DNA of 38,244 nucleotides from Candidatus Thorarchaeota archaeon (GTDB lineage Archaea; Asgardarchaeota; Thorarchaeia; Thorarchaeales; Thorarchaeaceae): NCBI GenBank assembly GCA_003345595.1, contig PRDI01000011.1, positions 1 to 38,244 of the forward strand, read 5' to 3'. Shown piece by piece: positions 17,142 to 25,773 of this stretch (position 1 is its first letter; each line of letters starts with the position of its first letter). The notes under the pieces were generated by a model. It saw only the letters and a program-made list of their open reading frames with translations, ran no database searches and was not told where the DNA came from. The position numbers and the translations under genes were made by a program.

Positions 17142-18428
17142 ATGACTATCCAGCTTATTATGAACGCAGGCGAGTTCCATGAGCCCTCTGTTCAGATTGA
17201 CAGTCTAGATGACGTTGCTGCCCAAGTCAGGGAAGGTATGGGCAGTTTGTTCAAGATGCCAATCGCAAACATACTGGATGTCCTCCAGAACCTCAGCCGG
17301 GCTCTCGTGCGAGACCCCGAGGTCAAGAAGATTGAGGGCATCGCTTTTCTCTCGAATTGGCTCCGAAAGGACAACTTGCTCAGAATGATTGAGATCAATC
17401 TCGGGCAGACCGATTTCTTGGACTCATTCGTGGAGAACCATCACAAACTCATTAGAGCTTTCCCAAGGGGGGTTGTCTGTCACTGGATAGCAGGCAATGT
17501 GCCCACTCTTGGACTGTTCTCGCTGTTTCAGTCGATGCTTACTAAGAATGGAAACATCGTCAGAGTTCCGGAATCGAGTCTGCCTAGCGTGATTCCTATC
17601 CTGAAACTGCTGTCCACGCTCAAAGGTGACCCAGCGACTGGTCAAGATCTTCTTCGGTCAGTGGCCCTTGTCCATTTCCCGTCTTCAGATCTGAGGTCTA
17701 ACGAAAACATGTCCAAGTGCGCAGATGCCAGGGTCGTCTGGGGTGGAAAGGAGGCGGTCGATGCCATAACCAACCTCCCGAGAGCAACTCACTGCGAGGA
17801 CGTGGTCTTCGGACCCAAGTATTCCTTCGCGGTCATTGACAGAGAAGCTCTCGAGTCTGAAAAGATGGGTCGTCTCCTGAGGAATCTGGCAACGGACTCT
17901 GTGTTGTTCGAACAAACAGCCTGTTCCTCCCCACATGTTGTCTTCGCGGAAACTGACTGGAATGGTGCTCTCAGACTAGCCGACAGACTGGCGGAAGAGT
18001 TTCGGCGGCTGTCGAGCATTATACCCAAGCGTGACTTCGAAATGGGGTCTGCAATCAAGATAATCAACAGAAGGGCTGAGTATGCATTGTCTCCAGACAA
18101 GGCTATGTTGGCTCCAAAGGAGAATGATTGGTCAATACTGGTTGACAACGAGACAAGGCTAGAAGAGCCAATACAGTCCAGGACTGTCTTCATGAAACCC
18201 GTCAAGTCTGTGATGGAAACCATTCCTCTTGTGACTAAGAATGTTCAGACGATTGGTAACGGTATACTCAACAGGCAGAAGGCTAAGGAATTCGCAGAGG
18301 GAGTGATGTATAGAGGGGCTGCCCGCGTCGTGCCCCTAGGCCAGATGCATATCCATGACTCGCCTTGGGATGGAATCCTGTTTCTCAGCCGGTTGGTCAG
18401 ATGGAATGCACTGACACCGGCTGGATAG
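17142..18428 (+). CDS. luxC: LuxC-family acyl-thioester (acyl-CoA/acyl-protein) reductase
   Basis: PRGVVCHWIAGNVP, VVWGG.EAV, FGPKYS, EQTACSSPH (catalytic Cys), PWDG. ATG lies 2 nt after the luxE stop. Confidence 0.93.
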   Translation: MTIQLIMNAGEFHEPSVQIDSLDDVAAQVREGMGSLFKMPIANILDVLQNLSRALVRDPEVKKIEGIAFLSNWLRKDNLLRMIEINLGQTDFLDSFVENHHKLIRAFPRGVVCHWIAGNVPTLGLFSLFQSMLTKNGNIVRVPESSLPSVIPILKLLSTLKGDPATGQDLLRSVALVHFPSSDLRSNENMSKCADARVVWGGKEAVDAITNLPRATHCEDVVFGPKYSFAVIDREALESEKMGRLLRNLATDSVLFEQTACSSPHVVFAETDWNGALRLADRLAEEFRRLSSIIPKRDFEMGSAIKIINRRAEYALSPDKAMLAPKENDWSILVDNETRLEEPIQSRTVFMKPVKSVMETIPLVTKNVQTIGNGILNRQKAKEFAEGVMYRGAARVVPLGQMHIHDSPWDGILFLSRLVRWNALTPAG

Positions 18429-18490
18429 GCATTTGCAGTGCCCGAGGCATCATTCAAAAGGAACGAATACTGTGCGAATCCCGATGCACT

Positions 18491-19489
18491 ATGAGCCCCT
18501 CCAAGATACTCAGGAAGTATGGCGTGCCTGAGGACGCTGTCGGAACGTGCGGGATACAGAGTCTGAGAGCCAAATATGTATCGTACTTGGACAACCCACA
18601 CTACATTTCACAGGTGCCCAGCAATGCCGATGGGTACGTCCTCGTCAGCCCGAAACTCATTGAGAGAGTGAGAGAGATTCCGGGGAATCTCTATGTGGAG
18701 ACGGCCAGTCCCACACAGGCGTTCCTTGAAATCCACAATGACTTTCACAGGGACGTGCGGTCGTTCACGACCGGGAGCAACACGCCGACCCATGGGAGCA
18801 ACTGCGAGATTGACGCGTCGGCCAAGTTTGGGGTACGTGTCACATTGGGCAGTGGAGTAAGAATCCATCCTCATGTCGTTGTAGGCAGCGATGTCGAAAT
18901 TGGCGATGACACCGAGGTCTTCGCGGGCACTGCGATATACAACAGAGTACGATTGGGCAGACGGTGCATCATAGATGCCAATGCGAGCATTGGTGGCGAT
19001 GGGTATAGGATAATGATGGATGCTGAGGGGAATATTCATCGACTGATTCACATCGGAGGCGTTCGCTTCGGGAACGATGTGGAGTTTGGCAACAGTTCCT
19101 GTGTTGACCGTGGCACCTTCGAGGACACGATCTTGGAGGACCGTGTTAAGATTGATAACATGGTTCACATTGGACACAATGTCCACATCAAGGAGAACAC
19201 TCAGCTTGCCGCTTCGTCGTGCATTGGCGGAAGCACAGTGATCGGTCGCAACTGCTGGGTTGGCATTGGAGCAACCATCTCCAATGGACTTGTAATAGGG
19301 GACAAAGCAAGTGTCTTGATCAATGCCATTGTTGTTAGGGATGTCCCCGAGGGCGCGAGAGTTGCTGGGTTCTATGCAATGCCCAATGATGCATGGCGCC
19401 TGGTTGTCATGGACGATACAAAACGCTTCGGAACACAGGTGAGGGAGATGGAGAGGAAGCGTTCAGACTCGGAGGACCGGCAGGAATGA
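18491..19489 (+). CDS. LpxD-family left-handed beta-helix N-acyltransferase
   Basis: Hexapeptide repeats plus the LpxD-specific string IGGDGY...HIGGV.FGNDVEFG..SCVDRGTFEDTI....KIDNMVHIGHNV, including the catalytic His. It also has an N-terminal alpha/beta domain ending in P..AF. The ORF opens at 18365; ATG 18491 is preferred. Confidence 0.88.
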   Translation: MSPSKILRKYGVPEDAVGTCGIQSLRAKYVSYLDNPHYISQVPSNADGYVLVSPKLIERVREIPGNLYVETASPTQAFLEIHNDFHRDVRSFTTGSNTPTHGSNCEIDASAKFGVRVTLGSGVRIHPHVVVGSDVEIGDDTEVFAGTAIYNRVRLGRRCIIDANASIGGDGYRIMMDAEGNIHRLIHIGGVRFGNDVEFGNSSCVDRGTFEDTILEDRVKIDNMVHIGHNVHIKENTQLAASSCIGGSTVIGRNCWVGIGATISNGLVIGDKASVLINAIVVRDVPEGARVAGFYAMPNDAWRLVVMDDTKRFGTQVREMERKRSDSEDRQE

Positions 19490-20544
19490 CTACTCGCCGG
19501 GTCATACGATTCGAGAAAGTCCTTGAGGAGGCAGAGATCCTCACTCCCTCAGCGGGGTTCAAGCTGGACACACACGAGATCGAGCACAGGCGGGACCCTC
19601 TGACGGGCCATAGGAGCTTGGTTGGTCTAAGGCTCATAGAGAAATACAGGTCCCTTATGGGTGAAACTGACAGGGAACTGGTAGACAAGCTGGTGGCAAG
19701 TAGCGCCGAGAAGTGCTTCTTCTGTCCAGATATGGTAATGAGTGCAACCCCCATGTTCTCCAAGAGCATCGTGTCCAGTGGAAGGATTGCCGTGGGAGAG
19801 TCAACACTTTTTCCCAATCTGTTTCCTCTTTCGTTGTACCACGCAATCATAGTCCCATGCAAGAAGCACTTTCTCCGGCCCGAAGAGTTCACGGCAGGGC
19901 TCATCGGAGACTCGCTTAGGGCAGCTCAGACATTCCTGCGCGGCATTCCTCTCTCCAAGGAGCTGTACGGCTCCATCAACTGCAACTACATGCCTCCCGC
20001 CGGAGCGAGCGCGGTTCACCCTCATTTTCAGTTCATCGTTTCTACAGTCCCCTCCAGCTACACGGAGGAAACCCTCAACGCTCTCAAATTGTACTATAGG
20101 CAGTACCAATCCGTATACTGGGACGACTTGGTGGAAGTGGAGAAGGAAAAGAAGGAACGGTATGTCGGAGCCACAGGTCCTGTTCAGTGGCTCTGCACCT
20201 ACTCTCCCCGAGGTATGAATGAGATTCTAGGGGTCTGCCCGCAAGGCGGCCTTTCCAAAATGGAAGACAGGACGATCCAGGGTCTTGGAGAAGGTGTATC
20301 TCGTGCGCTCAAGTACTACGGCAGTCACAACTACTCAGCTTTCAATATGAGCATGGATCTTGGCCGTTTGGAATCAGATGATCCGTGGAACAGACTCACT
20401 GTTCGGTTGGTAACACGCCAGAACTTCTCTGCGGGGTATAGAGCAGGTGAGCATTTCTTTCAACATATGCTGGCGACGAACGTCGTTGTGGTCCCGCCAG
20501 AGGTGCTCGCATTGGAACTCAAACAGTACTTTGTAGGTGAGTGA
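19486..20544 (+). CDS. GalT-like (HIT superfamily) sugar-phosphate nucleotidyltransferase
   Basis: EHRRDPLTG, CFFCP, FPNLFP, N..PPAGASAVHPHFQ (HxHxQ), PPE. ATGA overlap with the LpxD-like gene. Confidence 0.9.
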   Translation: MTTRRVIRFEKVLEEAEILTPSAGFKLDTHEIEHRRDPLTGHRSLVGLRLIEKYRSLMGETDRELVDKLVASSAEKCFFCPDMVMSATPMFSKSIVSSGRIAVGESTLFPNLFPLSLYHAIIVPCKKHFLRPEEFTAGLIGDSLRAAQTFLRGIPLSKELYGSINCNYMPPAGASAVHPHFQFIVSTVPSSYTEETLNALKLYYRQYQSVYWDDLVEVEKEKKERYVGATGPVQWLCTYSPRGMNEILGVCPQGGLSKMEDRTIQGLGEGVSRALKYYGSHNYSAFNMSMDLGRLESDDPWNRLTVRLVTRQNFSAGYRAGEHFFQHMLATNVVVVPPEVLALELKQYFVGE

Positions 20545-21347
20545 TATTGTTCGATTTGAGCAAGGGATTTCTAACAGAACTAAAAGAGGGCATTCGCAAG
20601 CTGATGTCCAGTGCGGCAACCTCGCGGATGCCGCGCGCGGATCTCACCCGCATCTGCCAAGAGGAGGGACACTTGTCCATTCACGGCGTCAAACTTGACC
20701 TGAGCGCCGGGGACGCGTGTCCGAAGTCGCTTCTCGACTCTCTAACGTCCGAGGAGAGAAAACAAGCAGATGGGCTTGAGAAAAGCTGGAGAATGAGGCA
20801 GTATTGCACTGGAAGGGTGTTGGCAAAGCGGTCTGTTGTAGACGTCTGTGCACACATAGGAGTCCGTGTGAAGACTCAAGTAGTCTCGATAGTTGATGAT
20901 GAGCGTGGAGCTCCCGTGTGCAAAGTTGAATCGGAACGTGAACTGCCTGCCATTTCTGTGTCGCTAACGCATAAAGGGGACGTGCTGCTGGCTGTTGCTT
21001 CAATTGCTGAGCGCGTTGGAATTGACCTTGAGGACCTGTCTGAATCTCATCGTGGAACTGCCCAGTGGACGTCTGTTGACCGAAACGGAAAACTCAAGGA
21101 CGCAGCTAAGAGCAGAGTCGAGCAATTGTGCGGATACACAGACCCAGGCCGAATTGCCACTGTCATGTGGTGTGTCAGAGAGGCGGCCTACAAGGCACTA
21201 AGTCGAGGAAGACCTCTTTCTCCCATCCAGATTGTCCTGCAGTCAGCTGAAGGTCATCTGGTAGCCCGTGCAGGACCGGACAGCCCATTACAGGCAAATG
21301 TGGTCATCGGCTGTATGGACCAGTATGTCTGTGTCCTAGCCCTCTAG
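20541..21347 (+). CDS. 4'-phosphopantetheinyl transferase (Sfp/EntD-like)
   Basis: LTSEE, GR.LAK, GAP, SLTH, VGIDLE, WCVREAAYKAL. GTGA overlap with the GalT-like gene. Confidence 0.9.
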   Translation: MILFDLSKGFLTELKEGIRKLMSSAATSRMPRADLTRICQEEGHLSIHGVKLDLSAGDACPKSLLDSLTSEERKQADGLEKSWRMRQYCTGRVLAKRSVVDVCAHIGVRVKTQVVSIVDDERGAPVCKVESERELPAISVSLTHKGDVLLAVASIAERVGIDLEDLSESHRGTAQWTSVDRNGKLKDAAKSRVEQLCGYTDPGRIATVMWCVREAAYKALSRGRPLSPIQIVLQSAEGHLVARAGPDSPLQANVVIGCMDQYVCVLAL

Positions 21348-22218
21348 CCCTCCAAAACCTGAACATGTACGGGGTGACGTCGACCTGCAGTGGAAAGACG
21401 AGCTCGTTATGTCCTGTACCCTCAAGAAACACTGTATCGATGTTCCGATTGTGCTTCAGGGCCTCACGCTTCTCATGACCGGGTGCGAAGTGGTCCTCGT
21501 CCCCGGACACCATGAGTGTAGGAACAGAGAGCTGCTTCAATTCAGGGAACACATCAAGACGCGCTTCTGAGCACAGAATCCTTACAAGATCATCTTCAAA
21601 CTCCTTGGAAGAGACCTGCTTCCTGACGAGAGACATCATCTTCAGATAGCCATCCCTGTTCTTAGTGCCCACGAGGTTTTGTGCCGTGAATCGAACAACT
21701 TCGTCCCAGTCCTTCGCCGTACATAGCGACAACAGTTGCCGATAGACATTCAGATCTGAGCCTTCAATCGCGATACCCAAAAGCACGAGGCTGTCAACTC
21801 GGTCACTCATCCGATTCGCGATGATTGATGCGACATTGGCGCCAAGGCTGTAGCCAATCAGATGCACTCCACGAAGATTGAGCTTTTCGATCAAACGTTC
21901 AATATCATCGGCCATCTCGTAAGGAAAGACGCCGGGCTCAGAACAGGGGCTGCTTCTGCCGAATCCGGATAGATAAGGCAGATAATGCTTAGCCTCAACA
22001 CCCTCTCTCCTCAAACGGGTCTGCACACTGCTGATCAGACCATCGAAACCAGCCGGACCTCGGAAAGCAGAGTGCAGCCAGAGGAAGGGCCTGCCCTCAC
22101 CTTCGGTTTGAAGATCTATCTGTCGAGCCTCGCTGATCTTAACGAGCACGGATGGCCGTCTTGTCTTGCTCACTTCGCGTCCTCCGATGAGGGGAAGGGT
22201 ATCTGCTGAGCTTTCCAC
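21304..22218 (-). CDS. Alpha/beta-hydrolase (esterase/thioesterase)
   Basis: Nucleophile elbow GYSLG, GFGRS, PTLMVSGDED and GTGH, giving a complete Ser-Asp-His triad. Its 3' end overlaps the PPTase by 44 nt. Confidence 0.88.
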   Translation of the reverse strand: MESSADTLPLIGGREVSKTRRPSVLVKISEARQIDLQTEGEGRPFLWLHSAFRGPAGFDGLISSVQTRLRREGVEAKHYLPYLSGFGRSSPCSEPGVFPYEMADDIERLIEKLNLRGVHLIGYSLGANVASIIANRMSDRVDSLVLLGIAIEGSDLNVYRQLLSLCTAKDWDEVVRFTAQNLVGTKNRDGYLKMMSLVRKQVSSKEFEDDLVRILCSEARLDVFPELKQLSVPTLMVSGDEDHFAPGHEKREALKHNRNIDTVFLEGTGHNELVFPLQVDVTPYMFRFWRARGLGHRHTGPYSR

Positions 22219-22439
22219 ACTCTGACAGAGCCGATCGCTGACTTCAGCGAATGACCCCGCATATGAACCTGTGTCTATCTCCTCTTACCATGGATCCCTG
22301 AAATTAGGCCAGCAGAACAGGCAAGACACACATCCGGAGGAAAACATTAAGAAGTTGGGCTCTTGGTCTGAAACTTGTACAGCTCCATCTGTCAGGAGGA
22401 TTCTGCCTCTCGTGAACATCCCCCGGGGGTCATTGCCCC

Positions 22440-23099
22440 GTGAATAAGCGAAAGGAACCTTGGGTAGTAAGATCCTTCTTTCGAGCCGTGAGGAAAGCGA
22501 AAAAGATACTGTTCGGCCGCTCAGAAAGATGGCATTGGTCAACCGACAGAGAGTACTGGGAATCCCACTACTCCTCCGGAGGAGCAAGTGGCGAGGGATC
22601 TGTCGGCGATTCGCGAGAGGCGAAATGGAGATTCATCAGTGAATACGTGGATGTCCGTGACAAGACCGTATTGGATGTTGGGTGTGGTGACCTATCATTC
22701 TGGGAGGGAAAAGACTGCAGAAGCTACACTGGCATTGATTTCTCAGAGTCCGTAGTAGAGAAGGACAGGACAATACGACCATCTTGGAGATTCATTGCGG
22801 GCGATGCAAGCGCGGACCATCACGTAAGTGGTCAGGTCGTGCTATGTTTAGATATGTTGTTTCACATCATGTCGGATGACTCATACAGAAGGGTCTTGGC
22901 GAATCTTGCTCATTGGACCGAAGAATGGCTTTTCATCTTCACATGGTTCAGGAGCCCATTTGGACGAAGAGCAACAGACGGGAGATATCAATACTACAGA
23001 CCCCTGCTCGAATCGCTCGATGTCCTAGCTCCACTTACGCTCGTAAGAACACGCCAATACGATTCAATCGGGGCATTGTATGTGTTCAAGCGACCCTGA
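22440..23099 (+). CDS. Class I SAM-dependent methyltransferase (glycan-locus type)
   Basis: YWESHYSSGGASGEGS, VLDVGCGD, YTGIDFS, LDMLFHI. Confidence 0.9.
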   Translation: MNKRKEPWVVRSFFRAVRKAKKILFGRSERWHWSTDREYWESHYSSGGASGEGSVGDSREAKWRFISEYVDVRDKTVLDVGCGDLSFWEGKDCRSYTGIDFSESVVEKDRTIRPSWRFIAGDASADHHVSGQVVLCLDMLFHIMSDDSYRRVLANLAHWTEEWLFIFTWFRSPFGRRATDGRYQYYRPLLESLDVLAPLTLVRTRQYDSIGALYVFKRP

Positions 23100-23149
23100 A
23101 CGCATTGACCATAGTTCGGCGCCAAGAGTTGGCGACAATCCGATGGATC

Positions 23150-23971
23150 CTACTTGGGCTTGTGGCTGAACCTCATCCAACCCACATAGCCTTTGATTGT
23201 GCCAAGAATCGTGACAAGATCAAGCCAAATGAAGAACGGATTACGTATTCTGATGCTCTTCTTGAAACCGGTGTATAATCGAAGTACAAGGTACTTCGTC
23301 AATCCCAGAACGCCTCCGAAGTAGTTTGTCTGTCTCGCTCCCGCGCCACCCCACTCTGCTGCTTTGAAGAACGATCCCGAATACTCATGTTTTGACACTA
23401 CGGGGACGTAGAACCATCTGTAGCCTTGGCGTATGATGTGCTGAGTTAGAAGATAGTCCTCGTAAGCATTGACTGTCTGGGCTGGCACCCACGACCTTGC
23501 GACCTCAGTGCGCACAATAGTATTGTGTGTGTAGCCTCGGGCCTTGATCTCTACCAGTCTGCCGAACCTCCTCTGTGCCTCCCACACAGCCTGGTTTTCA
23601 GCAACCATCCCAGACATGGCTCCAAGGCGGAATTGGGACTGGAGCTTTCTCATGTACTCATACATTTTTTCGAACCATGCTTTTTCGAGTATCACGTCGG
23701 CATCGACGAATACGAAGTATTCGGTTTGCACTCGTTCGATCCCCAAGACTCGGGCCTGAGCCAGTCCGGAGTTCTCGAAGACAACATCATCTATCAAGCC
23801 CCGCAGGCGCATGTCACGAACGATGTCCTTCGTTCCATCGGAAGACTTCTCGCTAGCTACAACGATGATTCTGTCTACGTTGCTCTGTTCTCTAATGCCT
23901 TGAATACACCTGATGATTGTGGGCCTGTCATTCTTTGTTACGACGACATAGTCCATCTTAGGTCCCTGCAT
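23150..23971 (-). CDS. GT2 (GT-A) glycosyltransferase
   Basis: VVVTKN, SSDGT, FVFVDADV, YED. ATG 23971 lies just after the flippase stop; 23956 is an alternative start. Confidence 0.9.
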   Translation of the reverse strand: MQGPKMDYVVVTKNDRPTIIRCIQGIREQSNVDRIIVVASEKSSDGTKDIVRDMRLRGLIDDVVFENSGLAQARVLGIERVQTEYFVFVDADVILEKAWFEKMYEYMRKLQSQFRLGAMSGMVAENQAVWEAQRRFGRLVEIKARGYTHNTIVRTEVARSWVPAQTVNAYEDYLLTQHIIRQGYRWFYVPVVSKHEYSGSFFKAAEWGGAGARQTNYFGGVLGLTKYLVLRLYTGFKKSIRIRNPFFIWLDLVTILGTIKGYVGWMRFSHKPK

Positions 23972-23975
23972 GATT

Positions 23976-25616
23976 TTACACCGAACCTTCCTGCTGCCTC
24001 TCACTCAGCAGTCTGATATGTCTGACCATGGGCCTTGACACCCACCAGACAGGGGGAACTATACGCAATACACGTTCCATGTTGCCCATATCAGTGCTAT
24101 CTATGAGCCGGAGGTGCACAGTCACAAGTATGAAAAGATACCAGAAGGGAATGGCCAGTAGCCCCACTAGGGCGGCTTGAAGTACGGGGAACACGGGCAG
24201 GATCGATACCAATTGCTGCGCGATTGACACGGTTACCCACATCAAGGCTGCAAAGAAAAGAGCCACCACGATATCCTTTCCAACAATGTGCAGGTCCATG
24301 GATATGGCATGTTTACGTTTCGAGTACCTATGTTGAATGAAGAAATAGGGAAGGTATGACAACCATATCATCGCGACTGCATTCACGCCGATCAGAGGCG
24401 CCATCGTGACGACCCAGATGACCTGCACTGCTATCTGCTGGAGGCTTGCGTACAGCAGGCCGCGAGTGTCGTTCAATGCGACGTAGAGGTAGCTATAGAC
24501 TGCGGTCACAATAAGGAATATGCTGAAAGACAGAAGCTGAAGAAAAGTCGTGGTCTGCACACCGGTTTCGTTGAACACGATCCTTAGAATCTGGTGCGCA
24601 AAAGCAAAGAGCATTGCGAAGGAAAAACCGAGAGTGGGCACGAGCATCCTGTACCCCTCTCTGAACTTCCTGACCAAGACATCCCTTTGTCCCTTAGTGT
24701 ACTCAACAGTGAGGTTTGGGGTCATGGCAATGAGCGGAGAGTGAAGAACTGCAGTAGCAGTAACGACGATACCTTGGGCTATCGTGTAATGCCCGACATC
24801 TACGAGGCTTCCGTATGTGTTAACCCACAGCACAGTCAGGTTGGTAAGACCTGAGCCGGCTATAGACGCCACAAAGAACACCGACGCCAGTTTCAGTAGT
24901 TTGCCGGTTACCTCTCTGCCAGGGCGTCTGTATAGAAGAACACTGTTGCGTTTGGTTTCACGCAAAAGCAGACCTATGGCAGAGCCCGCGGCTATGAGCC
25001 CTAGTCCAAGATTAAGTACGAGTATGTTGGCTATTGTGACTTGCAGGGTTAGAGCGAGGAAAATCAGGGCCAATATTCTGACAGTGTTGTACACGATGTC
25101 CACGATGACTGTCCTCTTGATTATCTGAAGCCCTTGGAATGCGCCTTGGATCAATCGAAGTAGGGCGGACGGGAGCAAGGTCACGAGCGTTATTACCCAG
25201 AATAGGAAAAGCTGAGTAGGTGAGAGCACACCTACCGTCTTCTGTTCCAACAAGAACAAGTCAATCCTGAATAACAGTGCGCATACTATCACGGTGAGTG
25301 ACGAAGCAAGGACAATAACTAGTGAACCCGTGATTGCCTGCGCAAGCTTTGACCTGTCGCAGGCATACTCGGCGACAACCCTGACAACAGAGCTATTGAT
25401 GCCCAATATGATGAATGGAAACAGCAGCAAGCCAGCATTCGTCAGGACCTTTACAACGCCGTAGTCCTGAGTAGTCCACGACCCCCATGCAATCGCCCTC
25501 CAGAGTATGGCGGTAGAAACAATGCCGCCCAAGAAAGACAAGACAGTCGAGATACTCTCAGCGGCCAGATTCAGACTATACCTGTCACCTGTGAACCGCT
25601 GCTCTCGTTCTTCCAT
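23976..25616 (-). CDS. Wzx/MOP-superfamily oligosaccharide flippase
   Basis: 546 aa with about 14 TM helices; QDYG, LGINSSVVRVVAEY, FQGLQ, VGHYTIA. Confidence 0.88.
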   Translation of the reverse strand: MEEREQRFTGDRYSLNLAAESISTVLSFLGGIVSTAILWRAIAWGSWTTQDYGVVKVLTNAGLLLFPFIILGINSSVVRVVAEYACDRSKLAQAITGSLVIVLASSLTVIVCALLFRIDLFLLEQKTVGVLSPTQLFLFWVITLVTLLPSALLRLIQGAFQGLQIIKRTVIVDIVYNTVRILALIFLALTLQVTIANILVLNLGLGLIAAGSAIGLLLRETKRNSVLLYRRPGREVTGKLLKLASVFFVASIAGSGLTNLTVLWVNTYGSLVDVGHYTIAQGIVVTATAVLHSPLIAMTPNLTVEYTKGQRDVLVRKFREGYRMLVPTLGFSFAMLFAFAHQILRIVFNETGVQTTTFLQLLSFSIFLIVTAVYSYLYVALNDTRGLLYASLQQIAVQVIWVVTMAPLIGVNAVAMIWLSYLPYFFIQHRYSKRKHAISMDLHIVGKDIVVALFFAALMWVTVSIAQQLVSILPVFPVLQAALVGLLAIPFWYLFILVTVHLRLIDSTDMGNMERVLRIVPPVWWVSRPMVRHIRLLSERQQEGSV

Positions 25617-25773
25617 CCCGAACCGTGCGGTCGAACCCCATGCCTCATATAAGCGATTCTGTTCACATACCGCTAGACAGCGGCATTTCTGAGCCGCTAT
25701 CTCAAGACCCCAGACTTTGTGGGCGACGACATCGCGCCGCTTTGCATGAGGAAACGCAGACGACCATGAACAT

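Noticed and set aside
16021-18428. Bioluminescence operon (luxCE)
   Set aside because: There is no luxA/luxB luciferase, luxG or true luxD. The context of ACP, ADH, acyltransferase and glycan genes points to acyl reduction for biosynthesis.
18491-19489. Lipid A biosynthesis in an archaeon
   Set aside because: Only an LpxD-family gene is present. LpxA, LpxC, LpxH, LpxB, LpxK and KdtA are absent from the window.
12809-21347. Fatty acid synthase, PKS or NRPS cluster
   Set aside because: There is no ketosynthase, FabD, FabG-type reductase or condensation domain, so no chain elongation is encoded here.
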